This document shows, piece by piece, positions 19,369 to 27,825 of a stretch of DNA of 64,000 bases. Position 1 is the stretch's first letter. The number at the start of each line of letters is the position of its first letter. The DNA is taken from the IMG/VR virus record IMGVR_UViG_3300026488_000012, positions 64,001-128,000 of that record, one strand, 5' to 3'. Both the position numbers and the translations under genes were made by a program. Source of the DNA: a virus. The notes below the pieces were generated by a model. That model worked only from the letters and a program-made list of their open reading frames with translations, was not told the origin of the DNA and did no database searches.

Positions 19369-20190
19369 ATGAATTTCGTACCGAGTATAGATGACCCGTC
19401 ATATAGAATAATGATTAAAAGTATAAAGACTTATATCAAGACTATTTCGTTAAATGTAGCCGATATAATAATTTACATCATTGATACATTGTTAATAAAT
19501 AAAGAATTAATCAGGCTACCGTATATAAATATGGTAAACAATGTACCACTTCTTAAACATAACTTATACATGGACAAAAGTGATAACGTTTACAGAAGAA
19601 ATGCTATAAATAACTTAGAAGCTTTATTAGAGTTATTAAACAGCGTTGACGTGTTAATGCCGATAGAAGATAATGGTGCAATAATCTCAGCTGAAAATAT
19701 GGTAATAAGTAAAAATAAGTTACTACATATGATAAGTAAAAACACAGTATCTATGTACTTAGACCCAAATAAGACAGCTGGAGATATTTTAACCATTTTA
19801 GCTAAGTATAATCTTCTATCCATCAATAAACAAAAAGAGTATATCTGGGAGTCATTAACGCCGTTAGACCAGAATATAATTCTGGAAGAAGTATATTACA
19901 ACGATGAACAGTATCCGGAATTATATCTGATAGAAAACCTATACAAACCATTATCGAATCTAAGTGATATGCTAAATGAAGTTAGCTTTATGTTAAGTAG
20001 TAGGATTATAAATAATAACATCGAAAAAGAGGTTAACATATATAGTTTAGATACCTTTATGGTAGATAGGTTAACATTAGGAATAAATATACATCAAGGA
20101 TATCCTGCATTAAGAGCTATGGCTATTAAAAAATTAAGAGATATCATAGGAGGCAATGATGAAAAAGATAACAACAGTAATGAGTATTAA
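19369..20190 (+). CDS. Hypothetical protein
   Basis: ATG 19369 behind AAGGAG, in frame with track ORF 19324. Confidence 0.8.
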   Translation: MNFVPSIDDPSYRIMIKSIKTYIKTISLNVADIIIYIIDTLLINKELIRLPYINMVNNVPLLKHNLYMDKSDNVYRRNAINNLEALLELLNSVDVLMPIEDNGAIISAENMVISKNKLLHMISKNTVSMYLDPNKTAGDILTILAKYNLLSINKQKEYIWESLTPLDQNIILEEVYYNDEQYPELYLIENLYKPLSNLSDMLNEVSFMLSSRIINNNIEKEVNIYSLDTFMVDRLTLGINIHQGYPALRAMAIKKLRDIIGGNDEKDNNSNEY

Positions 20191-20599
20191 CTTAGTTAAT
20201 AAGAAACTTTACAATTATATAAAGAGTAGGTTTAACTATAGAGATAACGACATGGAATTTCTGATAGGTCTACTTATGAAGTATGCTGTAATGGCGTTAG
20301 ATAATGAGTTATCATTATCTAATAACACGTCTATATTCGAGATGTCGTTAAAAGTTGACCATATAAAAGACGTTATGTTTTCATTTATAGATAAAGTACT
20401 AGATAGATACATGTATAATATACTGGAAGAAGATGAAATAGAGATAGTAGACTTAACAGTGGATGGGTTATTATTATCATTACTCGAACATATAAAATTG
20501 TTAAGTATGATAACCAAAGTAGATTTAAATATAAAGTCTCTATACTATAATCCGTTTTTACAGGATAAGTTATTGATAGATTTAATAATCAAGGATTAA
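20156..20599 (+). CDS. Hypothetical protein
   Basis: 147 aa, AGGAGG RBS, overlaps previous gene. Confidence 0.8.
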   Translation: MMKKITTVMSINLVNKKLYNYIKSRFNYRDNDMEFLIGLLMKYAVMALDNELSLSNNTSIFEMSLKVDHIKDVMFSFIDKVLDRYMYNILEEDEIEIVDLTVDGLLLSLLEHIKLLSMITKVDLNIKSLYYNPFLQDKLLIDLIIKD

Positions 20600-20601
20600 A
20601 T

Positions 20602-20913
20602 ATGAACCACGTTATAATAAATGCGTCAGGGTTATTACCCTTGATGTATCACCCGTTATATTTTATTTTTTCTGATTTTATAAACAACTTAGATACCGAA
20701 TTCTTGGATTTACACTTCGAGAGACTTCTTAACGAGTTAGAAGATGAGTTAGATGTTAAAACAGTGTTCGATATATGCACAAAGATTCATTACTACATTA
20801 CAACACTTGTTCTAAGTAAAGTTCCAAATGTACTCAATTATAAAGTTACTAAAGTGGAACAAGATGAACGAAGAGGTTATTACTTATTAAAAATAGAGTA
20901 TACAGAACTATAA
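20602..20913 (+). CDS. Hypothetical protein
   Basis: 103 aa, AAGGA RBS, operon spacing. Confidence 0.75.
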   Translation: MNHVIINASGLLPLMYHPLYFIFSDFINNLDTEFLDLHFERLLNELEDELDVKTVFDICTKIHYYITTLVLSKVPNVLNYKVTKVEQDERRGYYLLKIEYTEL

Positions 20914-20922
20914 AGGAGTACT

Positions 20923-21414
20923 ATGATTTACGATTTAAGTAAGACCAAAGTTAAAAAAGGATTGTTGAAGAGACTTGGTATCGAGATGGATTTAACTGAT
21001 GACGTAGGTGTTAGGAACAGGTGTTTAAAAGCTTACTATAGATTTAGTTTACTAGATAAGAGTAAAGTTGTACAATTTAACATTTACGACAAATTACTAA
21101 GAGCTATGTTTGGAAAAAAGAAAATAACTGAACATATTGAACTAGTGTATTTAGAGTTATTAGTGGAACTTATAACTAAGTCTATTGTCTATGATATCGA
21201 TTATAAAACATTAATTAAAGAAACACTTATTATAGACAATGATAGTATTAAACTAACAGATGAAATATTGGATATGTTGTATGTGATATTAAACAATGAG
21301 TTAGGTAGGTTTAAAGAATATATCAAACCTAATACGTTAATTTATGCGTATGTTTGTAAGATAATAGACGTCATAGATTTAGCAGCAGTTACTATTTACA
21401 TAGAACTAACATAA
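20923..21414 (+). CDS. Hypothetical protein
   Basis: 163 aa, AAGGAG RBS. Confidence 0.8.
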   Translation: MIYDLSKTKVKKGLLKRLGIEMDLTDDVGVRNRCLKAYYRFSLLDKSKVVQFNIYDKLLRAMFGKKKITEHIELVYLELLVELITKSIVYDIDYKTLIKETLIIDNDSIKLTDEILDMLYVILNNELGRFKEYIKPNTLIYAYVCKIIDVIDLAAVTIYIELT

Positions 21415-21420
21415 GGAGGG

Positions 21421-22239
21421 ATGGTGATGTTAACAAGAACTACTGATAATAACAGAGACTATTTACTATATATTATATCAAAGCTTTCCGCATATCGTAA
21501 TGACGATGTGATGGAATCCATCGATACTTATATCTACGATAGAACTATGGAATCGAAGTATATCTTAAATACTGATATAGACTCCGATCCATTTATAAAA
21601 TTCTCAGCTATAACTTTAACAAAATTCATATTTGATCTTGGCGCATATAGTGGTTACTTGGACCAAGATTTATCTACCTTTATAACCTTATTAACGAAGG
21701 AGTTTAAATATGACGAAGTAATTTTCTATAATAAAGTGTATGAAGTTATTAAAACGCTCAGTGATTCTACTAATAAACTCGTATTTGCTATGTATTCCAT
21801 TTATGAGTTTGTAAATGAGATATCTACCGCTTTAAGTAGAGGTGAGACAGAGAATTATATTAATGGAATAATATCAAACATTATATCTACATCTGGCCCG
21901 TATTTAGAAGTAACGTTAACGGATATGTTAACAACATTTATAAAGTCATTAATTAAAGATAGAATTTATAGAGAAGAGTTATTAGACCTATTTGGATTAT
22001 CTAACTATGACTTTATGGAGATTATAGTAGAGATAATTGACGATTTCTTTGCTAGAGAGAAAAACGAGTTATGGTTATATAAGTCTGTTTCAGAATTAGC
22101 GGACTTTACTACGAGTTACTTACTAGTAAATAGAAATCTAATTTCGTTCGACGAGTGTCTTGTACTCGGACCACAATATAAAATAGTTAATGGTGTAGAA
22201 GAAGTATACAAATTTAATCTACTTTTCTTAAAAGGATGA
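21421..22239 (+). CDS. Hypothetical protein
   Basis: 272 aa, AAGGAGG RBS. Confidence 0.8.
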   Translation: MVMLTRTTDNNRDYLLYIISKLSAYRNDDVMESIDTYIYDRTMESKYILNTDIDSDPFIKFSAITLTKFIFDLGAYSGYLDQDLSTFITLLTKEFKYDEVIFYNKVYEVIKTLSDSTNKLVFAMYSIYEFVNEISTALSRGETENYINGIISNIISTSGPYLEVTLTDMLTTFIKSLIKDRIYREELLDLFGLSNYDFMEIIVEIIDDFFAREKNELWLYKSVSELADFTTSYLLVNRNLISFDECLVLGPQYKIVNGVEEVYKFNLLFLKG

Positions 22240-22685
22240 ATATGTTAAATACTAATAGTTTGGCGACATTCGGACCGTGGAGTGAATCCTACCATTCGAT
22301 TATAGAAGCTAGATATGTCTTAAAGTTACAGACGCACAACCATACGATACTTAGTGAACTTTCTAAAGTTCTAATGATTACTAACATAGATGACAGAGAG
22401 AAAATTTTACTACAAAACGATCTCTCTAATTTAATCTATATTTTTAACGCTGATTATAGATTAGAGAACACTGATAAACTACTTGATGAGTACTTTAAAT
22501 TTAGAAAGATTAATTTAGAACCTGAAAGTAAGGATATTTTAAACCATATAGTCAGAGAACATAGAGAAACATTTATGTATTATCATAAATCCGTCTATGA
22601 TATTTCCGACTCTATTATCCTTTACGAAATATATACAGTTAAAGCTTCACTTATAGTGAATTTAGCCATAGGCGTTAAGGAGTAA
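22236..22685 (+). CDS. Hypothetical protein
   Basis: 149 aa, ATGA start/stop overlap. Confidence 0.8.
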   Translation: MNMLNTNSLATFGPWSESYHSIIEARYVLKLQTHNHTILSELSKVLMITNIDDREKILLQNDLSNLIYIFNADYRLENTDKLLDEYFKFRKINLEPESKDILNHIVREHRETFMYYHKSVYDISDSIILYEIYTVKASLIVNLAIGVKE

Positions 22686-22688
22686 ACT

Positions 22689-23090
22689 ATGATTGCAGAT
22701 TTTAAAATAGGTAATAGGTATAAGTTTAGGACTATAGCACCTATTACCCTTAAACCTGAATACGTTAATGTTAAACTAGTGGGTACCCTAACATTCGATA
22801 TGGCCACTGCATTCACAGATGTAACAGGGTTACACATAAGGGTACAAGAAGAGGTAGGTAGAAATATTAGAGGTTTAGAAGACTCGAGTTTCTACGTTTT
22901 TGAAAACGATGATAAAGAAAGAATAGTCTTATCTTCGCTATGGATAAATCTTGATACAGTAGAAATTGTACAGGAGATGAAATTAAAAATAGAGGTAGTA
23001 GTAAAAGATTTAACAGATAAGTATGTTATAGAGAATATGCTAAAAGAATTAGGTTATGATAACGTAAAAGTAGAACTAGTAACGACATAG
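22689..23090 (+). CDS. Conserved phiKZ-like core protein preceding the DNA polymerase (gp49-like)
   Basis: 133 aa; FKIGNRYKFRTIAPITLKPEYVNVK pattern and position directly before polB. Confidence 0.65.
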   Translation: MIADFKIGNRYKFRTIAPITLKPEYVNVKLVGTLTFDMATAFTDVTGLHIRVQEEVGRNIRGLEDSSFYVFENDDKERIVLSSLWINLDTVEIVQEMKLKIEVVVKDLTDKYVIENMLKELGYDNVKVELVTT

Positions 23091-23170
23091 TCGTTACTAG
23101 CTTTTTATTTTTTCTCTTTTTTACTTTAGTTTAATCAAATCGACTGAAATAATAATATATGGGAGTATAA

Positions 23171-25321
23171 ATGAGTAAGTTCCTTAAAAAACAACATAAT
23201 TATAAAAATCTGGTTGACCCGATAAATCAATATGTGAAAGTGGCCGCTAATTTTATAAAGAAAACAAAAGAACTTGATGACAATATAGAAGTTATAGAGA
23301 GTAAAATTAAGAAACTATTAAAAGAGAAGTTCGAGATAAAGAACCCTAAAGTTAAATTTAGAGAAAGGGATTTAAAAGGGGATGTTACTACTAAAACAAC
23401 ATCTCTATACTCATATATAAAATATCCTAAAAAGACAGGACATATCATTGTTCCATCTTTTACTGTTTATTTTAAACCAGAGGTTAAAAGAAGTCTCCAT
23501 AGTGACTTCATTGATGAGAACGTTAAAGAAAGGAATAAGCATAAGAAACTAGCTTTCAAGTATGAAATAGAAGGAGAAATAGAATTATTTAAAAAACATA
23601 ACACTATTCAGAAAACTAAAAAGATATTCAATAACAGTTTATCAGGAGCATATGCATCATCAGGAACTATCCTTTATAACCCATCAGCACATTATACTTT
23701 AACATCTATAACGAGATGTGTATCAGGTACAGGTAATTCTCAGTCAGAAGTAATAATATCAGGAAACCTACATTTAGCAACTCCTGAGATAGCTCTTAAC
23801 TATATAGCCACCATAATAACATTTATGAATAGACATAAGTTATTAGAGATAGTAAAGAAGTATAATTTATATATACCTACTCCTGAGGAAGTATTAAGTT
23901 TATTACTTAAATCTACTAGAAAATACTGGCAGAGTAAATCTGAAGAGGAGTATTTGCTAAACTTCCTTAAAAGATTAAGTAAATTAGAATTAGTATGGGT
24001 AGCCTATTTAAATAATCTATACGCTATTAGGGAATTTAATTCCGACCTATTAAGAGAGTTTTTTGATTTAACACTAAGGAAACCTGATATATCAAAAATA
24101 GATACACCTAAAGAAGAAATGGTCAAATTTCTAAATGATCATCCTGAATACCTAAATATGTTACATCACCTAAGAGCGGATGTATTAATGGGTAAAGAAC
24201 CTATCTATGATAAATTAGAGCTTAACGATATAAAAGAGTTATACGGTAGCTTAAAATATGCTATCGAAGCATTCGATAAGTTTGATGATTTGCTAACAAC
24301 ATTCCTAATGACTGATTTATTACCTATTAACATCGCTTATATTAAAAATATGTTAAGAGAAGTTATAGTGTTATCAGATACAGACAGTACCTGTGCCACA
24401 TATGAAGACTGGGTGGAGTGGTATTTTGGAGAGAATAAGTTTTCTGTAGAGGGTATGGCTACTACAGGTGTAATAATGACTATAACAGCTACCGCAGTAG
24501 ACCACGGGATTAAAGTATTTGCAGCGAATATGAATATACCTAAAGATAGAGTACATGGTATAGCTATGAAGAATGAATTCTACTGGGATGTATTTGTTCC
24601 TACTAACGTATCTAAACACTATTTTGCTGATTATTGGATTAAAGAGGGTAATGTAAGAAAATCACCTAAGAATGAAACTAAAGGTGTTAATCTATTAGCT
24701 CCTAATGCTTATAGTAAAGTAAGAGACTTAGAAGACTGGTTAAGGAATGATATTTTTAGAAGAGTAAGAAATAAAGAAAAGATACCTATGAGAAAATATC
24801 TTAAAAAAGTTATGTTAATGGAGAAAGAGATTATAGAGAAAGTTTATCAAGGTTCGGCTGACGTTTTAAGATTAGACAAGATTAAAGATAAAGATGCTTA
24901 CAAATTAGATCAATATCATAGTCCATATTTCCATTATCTATTGTGGCAAAGAGCTTTCTCTAAAAAATACGGTAATGCACCAGACCCTACATTTGTAGCA
25001 TTGAAGGTTAACGTGACTACGGATAGTAAAACAAGATTCAAAGAGTTCCTAAATAGTTTAGAAGATGAAGAGATAAAAGAAGGATTGATTTCAATAATGA
25101 AAGAAGCTGGTAAAGACAGTATCGGTACATTTAGATTTCCACTGGCTAACGTTATGGAAAAAGGATTACCTAAAGAAGTAATTCCATTTATCGATATAGA
25201 TAGAATCGTATTTGATAACTGTAACCCACTTTATATGGTCTTAGAATCTATAGGTTACTATAAGAAACCAAAAACTAAAATTTTGGATATCGAATTAGAG
25301 TTAGCTGAAGAGTTAGAATAA
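23171..25321 (+). CDS. Family B DNA polymerase, polymerase half of the split phiKZ-type enzyme (gp50-like)
   Basis: 716 aa; motif B QKTKKIFNNSLSGAY, motif C LSDTDST, KHYFA, ETKGVNL; no exonuclease motifs seen. Confidence 0.88.
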   Translation: MSKFLKKQHNYKNLVDPINQYVKVAANFIKKTKELDDNIEVIESKIKKLLKEKFEIKNPKVKFRERDLKGDVTTKTTSLYSYIKYPKKTGHIIVPSFTVYFKPEVKRSLHSDFIDENVKERNKHKKLAFKYEIEGEIELFKKHNTIQKTKKIFNNSLSGAYASSGTILYNPSAHYTLTSITRCVSGTGNSQSEVIISGNLHLATPEIALNYIATIITFMNRHKLLEIVKKYNLYIPTPEEVLSLLLKSTRKYWQSKSEEEYLLNFLKRLSKLELVWVAYLNNLYAIREFNSDLLREFFDLTLRKPDISKIDTPKEEMVKFLNDHPEYLNMLHHLRADVLMGKEPIYDKLELNDIKELYGSLKYAIEAFDKFDDLLTTFLMTDLLPINIAYIKNMLREVIVLSDTDSTCATYEDWVEWYFGENKFSVEGMATTGVIMTITATAVDHGIKVFAANMNIPKDRVHGIAMKNEFYWDVFVPTNVSKHYFADYWIKEGNVRKSPKNETKGVNLLAPNAYSKVRDLEDWLRNDIFRRVRNKEKIPMRKYLKKVMLMEKEIIEKVYQGSADVLRLDKIKDKDAYKLDQYHSPYFHYLLWQRAFSKKYGNAPDPTFVALKVNVTTDSKTRFKEFLNSLEDEEIKEGLISIMKEAGKDSIGTFRFPLANVMEKGLPKEVIPFIDIDRIVFDNCNPLYMVLESIGYYKKPKTKILDIELELAEELE

Positions 25322-25370
25322 TAAAAAAGAATCACGTCAAGAGAGTCATTATCGACTCTCTTGGCATACT

Positions 25371-25835
25371 CTATTTCTCTTTTACTAAATTTCCATAATC
25401 TGTTCTATACTTTTCATCTCTTCTTTTCTTAATTAAGTAGTTAATTCTTTCTTCATCTTCTATATCCGTCATTATCTTTCCATCTTTATCATACTCTAAT
25501 TTACCTACTAACTCTTTTCTACAATTATTAGAACTATCTTCTGCATTTATCCAGATATTAAGTCTTTTAGACCTATTTATAGGAATTAAATACCATTCAG
25601 TTTCACAGCTTTCAAAATGGAATTTAACCCTTACGTATAACTCATCATCTTCATCATACCAGCTTCCATCTTCTTTTTGTAATCCTACTCTTATCTCAGT
25701 TAAGTTTTTTGTATCCTTTAATGATTCATATATGATGTTTTTAAATTCCTTATCAGTAGCTACTTGCCAACTGGTTGCTTTTATACCTGTGATACCACCT
25801 ATAGTAAATATATCTGTTATTTTAAAATAAGCCAT
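25371..25835 (-). CDS. Conserved phiKZ-like hypothetical/virion protein
   Basis: 154 aa; ATSWQVATDKEF and YVRVKFH beta-rich motifs; opposite-strand gene after polB as recalled in related phages. Confidence 0.65.
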   Translation of the reverse strand: MAYFKITDIFTIGGITGIKATSWQVATDKEFKNIIYESLKDTKNLTEIRVGLQKEDGSWYDEDDELYVRVKFHFESCETEWYLIPINRSKRLNIWINAEDSSNNCRKELVGKLEYDKDGKIMTDIEDEERINYLIKKRRDEKYRTDYGNLVKEK

Positions 25836-25894
25836 TTGTAACTCCTTTGCATAGTTTTGTTTGAATTAATTAATTAATAAAAAAGGATAAAGCT

Positions 25895-27244
25895 ATGTTA
25901 AATACAGGTATAATCTTATTTAACGATAAGGATATTTTAAAAGCAGAAATGTTGTTAACTAAGGTATATAACGCATCTGAAAAAGGTTATTACGGTAGTC
26001 CTGATGAAAGAAAGTATTTTCAAGACTACTTAGATAATGCTTTTTCTAAATTAGAAGAGATATTCACAAACAGGTTTGGAATAACTATTAAGTTTAAACA
26101 CGACAAAGAAGGATTACCTATAATATATCCATTACCTACTAGAACTATACTAAACGAGGTTAAAAAGATTAGAAAAGAGATGAGAGAAAAACTAATCACT
26201 AGTAGTAAAATACCTTCAGATAAAATATCATTAAAGACCATTGGGTCATTAGGCAAGCTAGTAGATGTTTTAGAATCTAACAGTATTTCTATAGATATAG
26301 AAGAATTGAGATTTATCAATGGCAAGGATATAGAGGTAAACATAGAGTTCAGTATAGAGTATATGTTAAAAGATCTTAAACTAGCTCCTAGAGAGATTTT
26401 AGCGTCATTCCTACACGAAATAGGACATATCTTCTTAGCATATATTAAATTAGGTAACGAAGTGTTATACACTATGAAAACAACTTATAATCTACTTAAT
26501 AGTATTTATAACGAAAACGATATTGTAAAGTTTGTTAAGATTTATTATAAACAGAGCCCTGTAAATGAAAAAGATGCTATTAATATAGTAATAAAGGATA
26601 TAAGCGACCATACTGTAAATGCGGTAGACTTTCAAAGTTACTATAACACTTCAGTGGATAATGAAGATATTTGTGATTACGTAGCTGTTAAATTTGGGTA
26701 TAGTAGTGATTTAGCTAGTCTTATATATAAGTCCAGTGAATCTAACTATAGTAGCCTGAATAGGCTAAAATATGTTTACTTGTTAGAAATGTTGATAATA
26801 ACTATATTTGTAGGATTTGAAATAGCTTTAGGATTTATAATATTAGTCCTATTCTATAAGGGATTATTTAAGTTAATAGGATACATATTAGGATTTATGT
26901 TCTTTGGTTTAATAGGGATTATATTTGTTAAAGGATTTAAATCTAAAATGCTTAGGGACGGTAATACACATAGAGATTTAAAATCCAGAATTAAACAAAT
27001 AAGAAAAGACCTTATCTCTATAATAAGGGAACACCCTGACAAGAAAGACGTTATAGAAGAAACGTTAAAACAACTTAAGACTATATCAGGTATCTTAGAC
27101 GATGTCGATAAGTTATTAGGTAAGACAGATTTTAAAGATTTATTAATTTATGATAACGTATCTTATCTCTATGAGAAAATCGATAGCTTGATTAACAATG
27201 AACTATACGTAAAATCGATAGAAATAGAAAAAGTAAGGAGTTAA
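25895..27244 (+). CDS. HEXXH zinc-metalloprotease-like membrane/virion protein (paralog 2)
   Basis: FLHEIGH, EDICDYVAVKFG, hydrophobic hairpin, C-terminus INNELYVKSIEI nearly identical to INNDLYVKSVEI of paralog 1. Confidence 0.7.
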   Translation: MLNTGIILFNDKDILKAEMLLTKVYNASEKGYYGSPDERKYFQDYLDNAFSKLEEIFTNRFGITIKFKHDKEGLPIIYPLPTRTILNEVKKIRKEMREKLITSSKIPSDKISLKTIGSLGKLVDVLESNSISIDIEELRFINGKDIEVNIEFSIEYMLKDLKLAPREILASFLHEIGHIFLAYIKLGNEVLYTMKTTYNLLNSIYNENDIVKFVKIYYKQSPVNEKDAINIVIKDISDHTVNAVDFQSYYNTSVDNEDICDYVAVKFGYSSDLASLIYKSSESNYSSLNRLKYVYLLEMLIITIFVGFEIALGFIILVLFYKGLFKLIGYILGFMFFGLIGIIFVKGFKSKMLRDGNTHRDLKSRIKQIRKDLISIIREHPDKKDVIEETLKQLKTISGILDDVDKLLGKTDFKDLLIYDNVSYLYEKIDSLINNELYVKSIEIEKVRS

Positions 27245-27245
27245 G

Positions 27246-27800
27246 ATGTTGAACTTATTTATTAATGATTATAGGGACGTAATAGAGTTAAAGCCAAATG
27301 AGGTATTTAACGGAAATAATGTTTCCACTAGGAGTATAAGTTATGAAAGTATTAATCTTATAAATAGGTTAATTGATAGGACTTCGTTACTGAAACCCGA
27401 TGACGTTATTTTAGAGAACAATACACTTATAGTTTTTAAAGATGGTATAAACGTAGCCGAATACCTAATAAGTATTGGATTATCTAAAGTTATTTTTCCA
27501 TCCGTTAATTATGGCGTTTATGAAAAAGAATATAGACTTATTACGGAGAAATCTATTAAGTTTTTTGTTTACTACTTGGTAGATAGTGTAATAGGTAATA
27601 GACTTGTAGATAGTAAAAACATTATAAGTATGCTGGGGAATATATTATCTAGTAGAATGTGCGCAGATCTTGAAGGATTTAGTCAATGCGGCGGTTTTAT
27701 CTTTACTGAGACCCCTGTGGTATTCGATAAAAATATGGATACATTAGGTTTAATCGAACAAGTTAAGTGGTTAGTATTGAGTTTAAGAAAAAGAGTATAA
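27246..27800 (+). CDS. Hypothetical protein
   Basis: 184 aa, AAGGAG RBS. Confidence 0.8.
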   Translation: MLNLFINDYRDVIELKPNEVFNGNNVSTRSISYESINLINRLIDRTSLLKPDDVILENNTLIVFKDGINVAEYLISIGLSKVIFPSVNYGVYEKEYRLITEKSIKFFVYYLVDSVIGNRLVDSKNIISMLGNILSSRMCADLEGFSQCGGFIFTETPVVFDKNMDTLGLIEQVKWLVLSLRKRV

Positions 27801-27825
27801 GGAGTGGTTAACCACTCCTTATACT
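27794..27825. terminator. Bidirectional terminator, 32-bp perfect palindrome
   Basis: agtataaggagtggttaaccactccttatact spans both convergent stop codons. Confidence 0.75.
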
